DNA of 64,000 bases from Gemmatimonadales bacterium (GTDB taxonomy: Bacteria > Gemmatimonadota > Gemmatimonadetes > Gemmatimonadales > GWC2-71-9). Where the stretch lies: NCBI GenBank assembly GCA_036394755.1, contig DASWEL010000002.1, positions 73,166 through 137,165 on the forward strand. Direction: 5' to 3'. A program made the translations under genes and the position numbers. Below the pieces are notes generated by a model. That model had not been told where the DNA came from and ran no database searches. It saw only the letters and a list, made by a program, of their open reading frames with translations. Each line of letters begins with the position of its first letter. Within the stretch, counting starts at the first letter, position 1. Below, piece after piece: positions 47,905 through 55,995 of the stretch.

Positions 47905-47944
47905 TGGGCGTGAAGTGGGAGGCACGGTTTATAGATACACTAGA

Positions 47945-47981
47945 AAGAAAAACGGGGCACGGTTTCAAGCTCCGCGCCCCG
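47945..47981 (-). terminator. Intrinsic terminator after the second exbD
   Basis: Minus-strand RNA GGGGCGCGG - 9-nt loop - CCGUGCCCC (one G-U pair) followed by GUUUUUCUUUCU. Confidence 0.65.
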
Positions 47982-48001
47982 CGATTCACACGCAGATGGC
48001 C

Positions 48002-48427
48002 TCAGTGCGCCGCGGCTGCCGCCTCGGCCGGTGTAAATGCGATCACCTGGACCCCCGCTCCGCGCGCCACGTCCATCGCCCGCACGATCTCGCCGTATTT
48101 CCGGTTGGGCGCCGCCTTGATGAACATCAGCTTGACCGGCCGCTGGTCGTAGAGCTCGTGGAGCTTGGCGTCCAGCTGCTCGACCGGGACCGGCTGGGTG
48201 TTGATCGCGTACGAGCCGTCCGTCTTGAGCTCGAGCACAATCTGGTCACTCGATTGCTGCTTCTGCTTGGGCTGCGGCTTTTGTTCAGCCGGGACTTGGA
48301 CGTCGAACTCCCGCCGCGACAGCGGCAGAGTGATCATGAAGATGATGAGGAGCACGAGCAGCACGTCGATCATCGGCGTGACGTTGATGTCCGAGCTGAG
48401 CCCGCCGCCAGATCCACCGCTTTGCAT
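48002..48427 (-). CDS. exbD: ExbD/TolR family protein
   Basis: ...DINVTPMIDVLLVLLIIFMIT... and a C-terminal periplasmic domain. Confidence 0.85.
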   Translation of the reverse strand: MQSGGSGGGLSSDINVTPMIDVLLVLLIIFMITLPLSRREFDVQVPAEQKPQPKQKQQSSDQIVLELKTDGSYAINTQPVPVEQLDAKLHELYDQRPVKLMFIKAAPNRKYGEIVRAMDVARGAGVQVIAFTPAEAAAAAH

Positions 48428-48430
48428 CGG

Positions 48431-48904
48431 TTAATGCCTTTCCGGATGCGCCGAGCGTTCCTGCTCGGCGATGGCGCCCACGACCCGCACTCCGGCCTTG
48501 CGGGCGATCTCGAGCGCCGCCTGCACGCGCGAGAATTCGATCCCCTCGTCGGCCCGGAGATACAGGATCTTGTCGACAGTCCGGTTGGCGTACAGGTTCG
48601 TCAGCTGCGCTGGCAAATCTGCGTCGCTGACGGAGCGCGGGCCGGTGTACTTCCCCGTTCTCGGATCGGTGATGTCCAGGTAGAACTTCCCATCCTTGTC
48701 GATACCCAGGCGGATCTCGCCTTCGCCCTCTTCCTTCGAGTCGGGATTCTTGGCGCGCGGAATCGACGCCTGGAATCCGGCGGTGATCGCCGGCGTCACG
48801 ATCATGAAGATGATCAGCAGCACCAGCATCACGTCGATCATCGGCGTGACGTTGATGTTCGCCGCGACCGCGCCTTCCGTCTTTTTCCCGCCACCCATCG
48901 CCAT
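48431..48904 (-). CDS. exbD: ExbD/TolR family protein
   Basis: ...NINVTPMIDVMLVLLIIFMIV... Confidence 0.85.
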   Translation of the reverse strand: MAMGGGKKTEGAVAANINVTPMIDVMLVLLIIFMIVTPAITAGFQASIPRAKNPDSKEEGEGEIRLGIDKDGKFYLDITDPRTGKYTGPRSVSDADLPAQLTNLYANRTVDKILYLRADEGIEFSRVQAALEIARKAGVRVVGAIAEQERSAHPERH

Positions 48905-48910
48905 GGTGCG

Positions 48911-49654
48911 TTATCCCTTGATGGGGCCGCTGGTCTGCGACGCCTTCTGAGTCTGGAACTCTTTGGTGAAGATCGACCGGCCGAACTCGCTGCCGACACT
49001 CTTGATGAGGTAGTCGATCAGCTCCTTCGACGTGTACGTCATCTCCACCGTGAGGAAGTCGATCTTCGTGGCGAAGTAGTTGTAGAGCCACACCGCCGGA
49101 ATTGCGACGAGCAGACCGAACGCGGTCGTGATGAGCGCTTCCGCGACGCCGCCCGTGATCGCGGCGAGCGAGCCGGATCCGCCCGACGCCGACATGCCTT
49201 GGAACGCTGTCACGATACCCATCGTCGTCCCGAGCAGGCCGACGAACGGCGCGGTCGCGCCCGTCGTCGCCAGAATGCCCAGGCCGCGCTTCAGCTCGGC
49301 GGTGATGATGAGCATCTGCCGCTCGACCGCACGCTCGGCGGAGTTGATGTCCGCGGCCGTGATGGTCGCCCGATCGCGCAGCAGCGGTTTCACCTCGGCG
49401 AGCGCCTCACCCAGTACGCGCGCGACGTGGCTCTTCTTGTTCTTCTCGGCGAGCGCGATGGCGCCGTCGAGCTGCTCCTCTTGCAGGTAGCGCGAGAATT
49501 CAGGCGCGAACTTCCGCGTCTCCTTCTGCGATTTCCTGAGGTAGATCTGCTTGGAGATGCTGACCGCCCATGACCAGGCCGACATGATGAACATCACGAC
49601 GACAATCCCTTTGGCGAACGGCCCCATCGATGACCATAGCTCAGCGTAACTCAT
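48911..49654 (-). CDS. exbB: MotA/TolQ/ExbB proton channel
   Basis: 247 aa; ...ATAPFVGLLGTTMGIVTAFQ...AEALITTAFGLLVAIPA... Confidence 0.9.
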   Translation of the reverse strand: MSYAELWSSMGPFAKGIVVVMFIMSAWSWAVSISKQIYLRKSQKETRKFAPEFSRYLQEEQLDGAIALAEKNKKSHVARVLGEALAEVKPLLRDRATITAADINSAERAVERQMLIITAELKRGLGILATTGATAPFVGLLGTTMGIVTAFQGMSASGGSGSLAAITGGVAEALITTAFGLLVAIPAVWLYNYFATKIDFLTVEMTYTSKELIDYLIKSVGSEFGRSIFTKEFQTQKASQTSGPIKG

Positions 49655-49664
49655 TGTCTCTCCC

Positions 49665-50342
49665 CTATCTCTTGATCTTGAAGTCGATCGGCAGGTTCAC
49701 CAGCACACGCACCGCCCGCCCATGCACGCGCGCGGGACGGAACAGCGCCCGCAAAACGTAAGTCTTGGCCGGTTGGTCGAAGCCTGGATTGGGACTTTGA
49801 ATGACTTTCACCGACGGCGGCTCGGCGCGGCCCGACGTATCGATGATCGCTTGCACCAGCACGCGTCCCTGCACGCCCGCCTGGCGCAGCAGGTCCGGGT
49901 AGTTCAGCGCCGGCCCCGACAGCACCTCGGGCCGCTCCTCGACGACCGACTCCATGAACACCTGATCGGACGACGGCACGATGCCCGTGCCGATACCGCC
50001 TTCGACGCCCGTCCCCGTGTAGTCCTTGGGATCGAAGTGCTCTTGCAGATTGATCGGCGGAATATTCGTCGGGATGTCGGTCGGGGCGACAACAGTTTGG
50101 AAGCCCTTCAACTGCGGCACATCCACGACGGGGGGCTGCTCTTCCGGCTTCTTCTGTTCTTCCTGGTTGAGGAATACCAGTGTGGTGTCCGGGGGACCTT
50201 CGTCCTTCTTCTCTCCGGCGGTCAGCGTCGCGACGACCGCCGCAAGCACGATCACGCTGTGCCCCACGAGCGATACGAAGCCGAGGCCAAAGGCACCCTT
50301 CTTGTTCGTCTTGCGACTGGATTCGATGAGATGGTCAAACAC
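49665..50342 (-). CDS. tonB: TonB paralogue 2
   Basis: (V)MFDHLIESS..., TM, Pro/Glu/Lys spacer, ...YPDLLRQAGVQGRVLVQAIIDTSGR...; GTG with GGAGGA 7 nt upstream. Confidence 0.8.
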   Translation of the reverse strand: MFDHLIESSRKTNKKGAFGLGFVSLVGHSVIVLAAVVATLTAGEKKDEGPPDTTLVFLNQEEQKKPEEQPPVVDVPQLKGFQTVVAPTDIPTNIPPINLQEHFDPKDYTGTGVEGGIGTGIVPSSDQVFMESVVEERPEVLSGPALNYPDLLRQAGVQGRVLVQAIIDTSGRAEPPSVKVIQSPNPGFDQPAKTYVLRALFRPARVHGRAVRVLVNLPIDFKIKR

Positions 50343-50419
50343 CGCCGTCTCCTCCGGGCTGGTGGACTAGTTCGCTTAGTAATAGTACCCGGCCCAACAT
50401 GCCCGCTAGTAGGGCAAAG

Positions 50420-50444
50420 ATTACAAAACGATGACAGCCGGATG
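50420..50444 (-). promoter_or_regulatory. Conserved 25-nt motif, copy A, upstream of the tonB2-exbB-exbD-exbD operon
   Basis: Minus strand CATCCGGCTGTCATCGTTTTGTAAT, 78-102 nt upstream of the start; 21/25 identical to copy B. Confidence 0.35.
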
Positions 50445-50461
50445 AGCCCACGGCTGGGCGC

Positions 50462-51085
50462 TTATCGCGCATGTCCGGCGCCGTTCCGGATGGCGAATTC
50501 GTACGGGATGCGCACCCGCATCCGGACTGCCGTTCCGCCGACCATTGCCGGGCGAAACAAGGTCGCCAGCAGCGCATGTCGCACCGGCGCGACGAAACCG
50601 GGATTGGTGGCCGAGACGATCGCGATCGATTGCGCGAGCACGCGCCCCGTGGTGTCGACGACCGCCTCGAGCACGACCCTTCCCTGGACTCCAGCCTGGC
50701 GCAACAGGTCTGGGTAGACGGGGAGCGGGCCGCTCAGCACCTCGGCGTGTTCCTCGGTGAACAGCGTCCCCATGCCGCCCGGCAGACCCGTGGTCGGCGT
50801 GCTCACGGCGCCGGCGTAGACCGGCGAGAACGATGGCATCAGCGCCCCAGTTTGGGGCAGCGGCGTCGCTATCGAGATGCTACCAATGTCGGGCTGCACC
50901 ACGGTGATCGGACCTGGGAGCGAGACTCCCCCACTCTTCTCGACCGGAGAGGCCGGCTGAAAGACGATCGGGCGTTCGATCGGCGGAGTCGGATCTGACC
51001 GTCCCGCCTTGGCGGTACCGAATAGCACCGCGGCGCCCAGGCCGACATGCAAAGTAATAGAAGCAACTGAGCTGAAGGTGCGCAT
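50462..51085 (-). CDS. TonB paralogue 3
   Basis: MRTFSSVASITLHVGLGAAVLF..., ...YPDLLRQAGVQGRVVLEAVVDTTGR...; ATG 51085 chosen because it clears the upstream stop at 51090. Confidence 0.7.
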   Translation of the reverse strand: MRTFSSVASITLHVGLGAAVLFGTAKAGRSDPTPPIERPIVFQPASPVEKSGGVSLPGPITVVQPDIGSISIATPLPQTGALMPSFSPVYAGAVSTPTTGLPGGMGTLFTEEHAEVLSGPLPVYPDLLRQAGVQGRVVLEAVVDTTGRVLAQSIAIVSATNPGFVAPVRHALLATLFRPAMVGGTAVRMRVRIPYEFAIRNGAGHAR

Positions 51086-51089
51086 CGTA

Positions 51090-51590
51090 TCACTCCTGAG
51101 GGAGTTTGAAATCGACCGCGATCGTAATCCACGCCTCGATTCGTGCACCAGCGAATTTGGCCGGTCGGAATCGAGCGGCACTCAAAGCCAGAATCGCAGG
51201 CGTCGAGAATTCCGCGTCTGTGGTGCGCAGCACCAGCATTGACGACGGCACAACACGACCATGTGTGTTCACAAGAGCTTTCAAGACGACGCGACCTTCG
51301 ATTCCTGCTCGCCGCATCGCTTCCGGATATACCGGTTGAGACATGCTGACCAGCGTGGGAAAGACATCGGGGATTGGTCCGGGCCACGGCACGAAGGGAC
51401 AACACGGCATCGGCTCGACGAGATTCTCGATTCCGGAGCAGACAAACGCGTAGGTCGGTTCTTGGGGAGAGGCAGGAACCGCGGGCGACCAATGCAGCGC
51501 GGCGGTCACGAGCACGGTGGGGATCAACGCGTGCACGACGAACCGCTCGAGCGGAGGGAGATTCTGAGTTCGCGCCAGGTCATCGTACAT
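51090..51590 (-). CDS. TonB paralogue 4 (short)
   Basis: ...YPEAMRRAGIEGRVVLKALVNTHGR... TonB_C domain, single TM. Confidence 0.7.
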   Translation of the reverse strand: MYDDLARTQNLPPLERFVVHALIPTVLVTAALHWSPAVPASPQEPTYAFVCSGIENLVEPMPCCPFVPWPGPIPDVFPTLVSMSQPVYPEAMRRAGIEGRVVLKALVNTHGRVVPSSMLVLRTTDAEFSTPAILALSAARFRPAKFAGARIEAWITIAVDFKLPQE

Positions 51591-51659
51591 GGTCGGCTCT
51601 CAGCTGTGTGTGTCCATCTGAGAGATACCGACGTCCGGTGACCCGGTACTTGCACGTCA

Positions 51660-51684
51660 ATTACGCAATGATGACAACCGGATG
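51660..51684 (-). promoter_or_regulatory. Conserved 25-nt motif, copy B, upstream of the tonB4-tonB3 unit
   Basis: Minus strand CATCCGGTTGTCATCATTGCGTAAT, 70-94 nt upstream of ATG 51590. Confidence 0.35.
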
Positions 51685-51689
51685 TGGAT

Positions 51690-53135
51690 CTACCCGCGCG
51701 GTAACTCCACCGTGAACGTCGTCCCGCGCCCCGGGCGGCTCTGCACATCGATTGTGCCGCCGTGCGCCTCGGCGATCCACTTGCTGATCGCGAGGCCGAG
51801 GCCGGTGCCGGCGCGCTCGCTCGTCCGGGTGCGCGCGGCGTCGGCGCGCCAGAAGCGGTCGAAGACGTGCGGCAAGTCGCCGGGTGCGATCCCGATACCG
51901 GTGTCCGCCACCGTGAACACGGCCCGCCCGTCGTTGCCGCTAAGCTCCACCGAGACCTGCCCGCCGCGCGGGGTGTATTTCACCGCGTTCTCGATGAGGT
52001 TGAGTGCGAGCTGACGGATGCGACTCCGGTCGACGGGGAACACCAGCGGCTCGGGCGGGAGCCGGATTTCGATCCCCACACCGGCGTGCTCGGCGAGCAG
52101 CTCCCCGGTCTCTCCCGCTTCCGCGATGATGTCGCGCAGATCCACCGATTCGCGGTGCAGATCGGCACGGCCCTCATCGGCGCGCGCCAGGGTCAGCAAC
52201 GACTCCAGCAGCTCCGTCATGCGGTTCACTTCCTGGAGCGTCTCTTCCAGGGCCGCGAGCGTCTCCGGCGGCATATCCGGACGCGTGATGGCGCGCTCGA
52301 CGCCGGCGCGCACAACCGTGAGCGGGGTCTTCAGCTCGTGGCTCGCGTCCGCGGTGAAACGCCGCAACGCCGCAAAGCTGCGTTCCAGGCGCGTCATCAT
52401 CTGATTCAGCGTCTCGGCGAGCCGGCCGAGCTCGTCGCGCTCCATCGGAACGGCGAGGCGCCGGTGCAGGCTCCGGCCGTCGGTGATCTCCCGAACCTCC
52501 GTGATCATCCGGTCCACCGGTTCGAGAGCGCGGCCCGCGATCCAGCCGCCGACCAGAATCGCGGGCACCACGCCGACGAAGAATGCGATCATGATCGTCA
52601 GCAGCAGCTGTTCGAGGCGTAGCTCCGCGGAGCGCGTATTGGCGCCCGCGAAGATGGCGCCGAACTGATCGCCCGCGTCGGGAACCGCGCGCACGATGTA
52701 GTGCATTGTTGGACCGTTCGGCTCGATCCGAAAGCGACCCGGCAGGTGCGACGCTCCCGCCGCCGGCGCGCGCGTGATCGCATTCAGCTGCTCGAACTCG
52801 GCGAAGGTGAGCGCGCGCGCATCGGGGGACGCGAACAGCAGCCGCCCGTCGCGGCTCGTCACGAGCAGGAAGTCGGGGACGACCTCGAGCACCGCCGCGA
52901 CCTCCGGCGTCAGCACCGGCCGCCCGGCGGTGTCCTTCTCCACCAGCACCCCGCGGGCGTGATAACTCTCGGCCAGAATCCCCGCCGTCAGATCGGCTTC
53001 CGACTGGATGCGGCGATCGAGATCCTGATAGGTGGCGCTGCGGCGCCCGAAATAAAGGACAATCGCGAAGACGGCGATGCTGAGGATCAGCGCGGTCGCG
53101 TACCAGACGGTCATCCGCGCGCGAATACTCTGCAC
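51690..53135 (-). CDS. Membrane sensor histidine kinase (HAMP-HisKA-HATPase)
   Basis: Two TM helices flanking a ~150-aa periplasmic domain; ...RFTADASHELKTPL...; ...DTGIGI...GTGLGLAI... Confidence 0.85.
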   Translation of the reverse strand: MQSIRARMTVWYATALILSIAVFAIVLYFGRRSATYQDLDRRIQSEADLTAGILAESYHARGVLVEKDTAGRPVLTPEVAAVLEVVPDFLLVTSRDGRLLFASPDARALTFAEFEQLNAITRAPAAGASHLPGRFRIEPNGPTMHYIVRAVPDAGDQFGAIFAGANTRSAELRLEQLLLTIMIAFFVGVVPAILVGGWIAGRALEPVDRMITEVREITDGRSLHRRLAVPMERDELGRLAETLNQMMTRLERSFAALRRFTADASHELKTPLTVVRAGVERAITRPDMPPETLAALEETLQEVNRMTELLESLLTLARADEGRADLHRESVDLRDIIAEAGETGELLAEHAGVGIEIRLPPEPLVFPVDRSRIRQLALNLIENAVKYTPRGGQVSVELSGNDGRAVFTVADTGIGIAPGDLPHVFDRFWRADAARTRTSERAGTGLGLAISKWIAEAHGGTIDVQSRPGRGTTFTVELPRG

Positions 53136-53137
53136 GA

Positions 53138-53812
53138 TTACGCCCGCACCACGTATCCCACGCCGCGCACCGTGTGGATCAGCTTCGGCTCCTTCGCGTG
53201 ATCGATTTTCTTGCGCAGCCGCGTGATGACCACGTCGACGATGTTGGTCCCGGGATCGAAGTGATAATCCCAGGCGTATTCGGTGATCAGCGTGCGCGAC
53301 ATCACCCGGCCCTGATGCCGCATCAGGTACTCGAGCACCGCGTATTCTTTCGGCGTGAGCTCGATGCGCTTGCCGTCCCGCGTGACCTCACGGCTGCCGG
53401 TGTCGAGCAGGAGACCATTCACCTTCAGCGTCGGCGGCGCGATCGCCTTCGGCCGGCGCCCCAGCGCCTCTACGCGCGCCAGCAGCTCTTCGAACGCGAA
53501 CGGCTTCGTGACGTAATCATCCGCGCCCATGCGCAACGCCTGGACCTTGAAGTCCACCGAGTCCTGCGCCGTCAGCACGAGCACCGGCAAGCCCACACCG
53601 CGGTCGCGCAGCGTTCTCAAGACATCGATGCCGGATACTTTCGGCAGGCGCAGGTCGAGGACCATGATGTCGTAGTTCGCGCCCCGCCCGCTGGCGCGCC
53701 GCAGCCCCTCGTCGCCGTCCCCCACGAGCTCGACGTGGTACCCCGCTTCATCGAGACCGCGGCGCACATAGTCTCCAACCGTCTTGTCGTCCTCGACGAC
53801 GAGGATTTTCAT
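53138..53812 (-). CDS. OmpR/PhoB-family response regulator
   Basis: MKILVVEDDK...DIMVLDLRLP...; winged-helix ...IHTVRGVGYVV; ATG overlaps upstream kinase stop (ATGA); the 351-aa track ORF is an extension. Confidence 0.9.
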   Translation of the reverse strand: MKILVVEDDKTVGDYVRRGLDEAGYHVELVGDGDEGLRRASGRGANYDIMVLDLRLPKVSGIDVLRTLRDRGVGLPVLVLTAQDSVDFKVQALRMGADDYVTKPFAFEELLARVEALGRRPKAIAPPTLKVNGLLLDTGSREVTRDGKRIELTPKEYAVLEYLMRHQGRVMSRTLITEYAWDYHFDPGTNIVDVVITRLRKKIDHAKEPKLIHTVRGVGYVVRA

Positions 53813-55371
53813 CCGACTGGAAGGAACACCTTGAAGTTTGTTCCCACGCCCATCTGCGATTCTACCTCGATGCGGCCGCGATGCTCTTCGACGATGCCGT
53901 ATGCGACCGACAGGCCGAGACCCGTACCCCTGCCCTGCGGCTTGGTCGTGAAGAACGGCTCGAAAATCTTGGGCAAGTCTTCCTGCCGGATGCCCGTACC
54001 CGTGTCGATGAACTCCGCCAGGATTTCGTCGCTGCGCTGCGGGTTGCGCCGCGTCCGGACCGTGAGCACGCCCCGCGAGTTCATCGCGTCCATCGCGTTC
54101 AGCATCAGCGCCATGAAACACTGCACCAGCCGCTCGGCGTCGGCCGGGAACGGCGGCAGCCCGGCCTCGAGCTCCCGTTCGATCGTGAGCCACTTGAACC
54201 GCTCGTGATGCTTGAGGAGAAACAGCGTCTGCTCGATGATCGCGTTGATGTCCGCGGGCGCCTTGTGGCCGCTTTGCTTGTTAGGCCGCGAGAAGTCGAG
54301 CAACCCTTCGACGATGCGCCGGCAGCGCAGTACTTCGGTATCGACGATGCGGAGATACTCCTCCTGGCCCTGGCGCTCCTGCTCCGGCAGGTCTGCAACG
54401 CGCAGGCTCAGCGCTTCGCTGCACGCGAGGATCGTGGCGAGCGGATTGTTGATCTCGTGCATCACCCCGGCGGCCAGCTGGCCGACGGCGGCGAGCTTCT
54501 CGCTCTGCGCCAGGCGCTGTTGGGCCTGGCGCCAGGCGGTGACATCCTCGCCGATCGTGATGACATGCGAAATATCTTCGCCGTCCGTCCGCATCGGGAT
54601 TTTCGTGATGCGGTAGTGGCGCGCTTCACCGGTCGCCTGGGAGTCCATCTCGACGGTCTGGATCTCGCCGGTCTGGAACACGCGGTCGAACTCGCGCTTG
54701 AGCAGCTCGCGCGGCTGGCGGTCCAGCACCTCGAACACCTCGCGGCCCAGCGCGTCCTCGCGGGATACACCCTGCGTCCCCGCCTCGCGCTTGCGATTCC
54801 AGGCGCGGATGCGATAGGCCCGATCGATCACGTACAAGCCGACCGGCATCGAGTCGATGATGCGGGCGGCGAAGTTGCGCTGTGTTTCGAGCTCTCGGGT
54901 GCGGAGGGCGACCTCCGAGGCGAGGTCCTGGGACAACTCGTTCGCCGCGAGCACGGGCGCGAGCATCTGGGCCACGACGACCAGCACGTCGTGCGCCATC
55001 CGCTCGTAGCGTCCCTCCGGAATGATGACCTCGAAGCACCCGAGGGCCTCGTCTTCGTGGACCAGAGGGAGGCGGAGCAGCGTGCCGCCGGCGACCGATT
55101 CGCGGTGCGGTCCCTCAGCTACCCAGCCGGCGACGGCGGGATCGTAGCCGGGAAGCTGCGCTTCATCTTCGGGGCTGTTGATGGGGACAAAGCGTGAGCC
55201 GTCCGGGGAGCGCAGCCAGAGGCGGCAGCGGCGCAACGCGAGTCCGCGGCGCAGCACGCCGACGACCCCTGCCAGCCCTTCTTCGGCAGGCCGGCCCGCT
55301 GCCAGCACTTTAGCGACTTCGGCGAGGACCTCGAGACCGGGATGATCCGAGGTCAGCGTCGGCGCGACCAT
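53809..55371 (-). CDS. Cytoplasmic GAF-PAS histidine kinase
   Basis: No TM; GAF-like N-terminus, PAS (...GLYVIDRAYRIRAWN...), H-box ...GVMHEINNPL..., HATPase ...DTGTGI...GTGLGLSV... Confidence 0.85.
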   Translation of the reverse strand: MVAPTLTSDHPGLEVLAEVAKVLAAGRPAEEGLAGVVGVLRRGLALRRCRLWLRSPDGSRFVPINSPEDEAQLPGYDPAVAGWVAEGPHRESVAGGTLLRLPLVHEDEALGCFEVIIPEGRYERMAHDVLVVVAQMLAPVLAANELSQDLASEVALRTRELETQRNFAARIIDSMPVGLYVIDRAYRIRAWNRKREAGTQGVSREDALGREVFEVLDRQPRELLKREFDRVFQTGEIQTVEMDSQATGEARHYRITKIPMRTDGEDISHVITIGEDVTAWRQAQQRLAQSEKLAAVGQLAAGVMHEINNPLATILACSEALSLRVADLPEQERQGQEEYLRIVDTEVLRCRRIVEGLLDFSRPNKQSGHKAPADINAIIEQTLFLLKHHERFKWLTIERELEAGLPPFPADAERLVQCFMALMLNAMDAMNSRGVLTVRTRRNPQRSDEILAEFIDTGTGIRQEDLPKIFEPFFTTKPQGRGTGLGLSVAYGIVEEHRGRIEVESQMGVGTNFKVFLPVG

Positions 55372-55383
55372 AAGGTCGCTAAC

Positions 55384-55995
55384 CTAGGGATGCCGCTCCC
55401 CGCGCGCCAGCGGCGCCTCCCCACGGAACGCGAGCAGACCACGCATGACCGGCCTCCCGCCGCTGAGGAAGGCGGTGGGACCGATCACTATGGCGAAGTG
55501 CGGGGCGTTGCCGCTGCCCACGCTGAACGCCGGGAGCACCGAGACCCCCACCCATCGGGATCCCAGCGACATCGGCGAGCCGGCAGCAGTGTAGCCGCTG
55601 AGCTCGAAGGTCAGGTCGAACCCAATCCCGGTGCCGTGCTCATCGGCTCCGAACTGCGCGATGGACTTCATGCGTGTCCGGGCGGACAGTGTCGCCGCGA
55701 ACACAGCGCCCTTCTGACCACCCAGCACGGCGCTCTCGTTCATGAATGTGCCCACGCGAGCAGCGAGCCCCAGCGCGGCGAAGCCACGCGAGGGCCGGCG
55801 CACGTAACCGATCTCGGCTGATTCGATCTGCCAGTATGCACCGAGCGTCGCTACGAACCCGAAGCTAATGGCGTGCCGGCGCACTTTGGTCGATTGCGCG
55901 CTATCCGATTGCGGGGTATTCGATTGCGCGGCGAGCGTCGTAGACAAAGCTGCCAGGGCAACCAACATTGATACGATGGACCGTCGCACGTTCAT
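55384..55995 (-). CDS. Hypothetical secreted beta-rich (small OMP-like) protein
   Basis: Signal peptide MNVRRSIVSMLVALAALSTTLAAQ; the upstream 120 codons of the track ORF are antisense to the neighbouring gene. Confidence 0.55.
   Translation of the reverse strand: MNVRRSIVSMLVALAALSTTLAAQSNTPQSDSAQSTKVRRHAISFGFVATLGAYWQIESAEIGYVRRPSRGFAALGLAARVGTFMNESAVLGGQKGAVFAATLSARTRMKSIAQFGADEHGTGIGFDLTFELSGYTAAGSPMSLGSRWVGVSVLPAFSVGSGNAPHFAIVIGPTAFLSGGRPVMRGLLAFRGEAPLARGERHP

Noticed and set aside
50420-50444. Fur box interpretation of the conserved Ton-operon motif
   Set aside because: CATCCGGYTGTCATCRTTNNGTAAT shows no convincing match to the GATAATGATAATCATTATC consensus or its 7-1-7 form. It is kept only as an unassigned motif.
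53813-54193. Upstream extension of the response-regulator ORF (351-aa track ORF)
   Set aside because: The canonical receiver start MKILVVEDD is at 53812 and overlaps the kinase stop. The extension lies inside the kinase gene in another frame.
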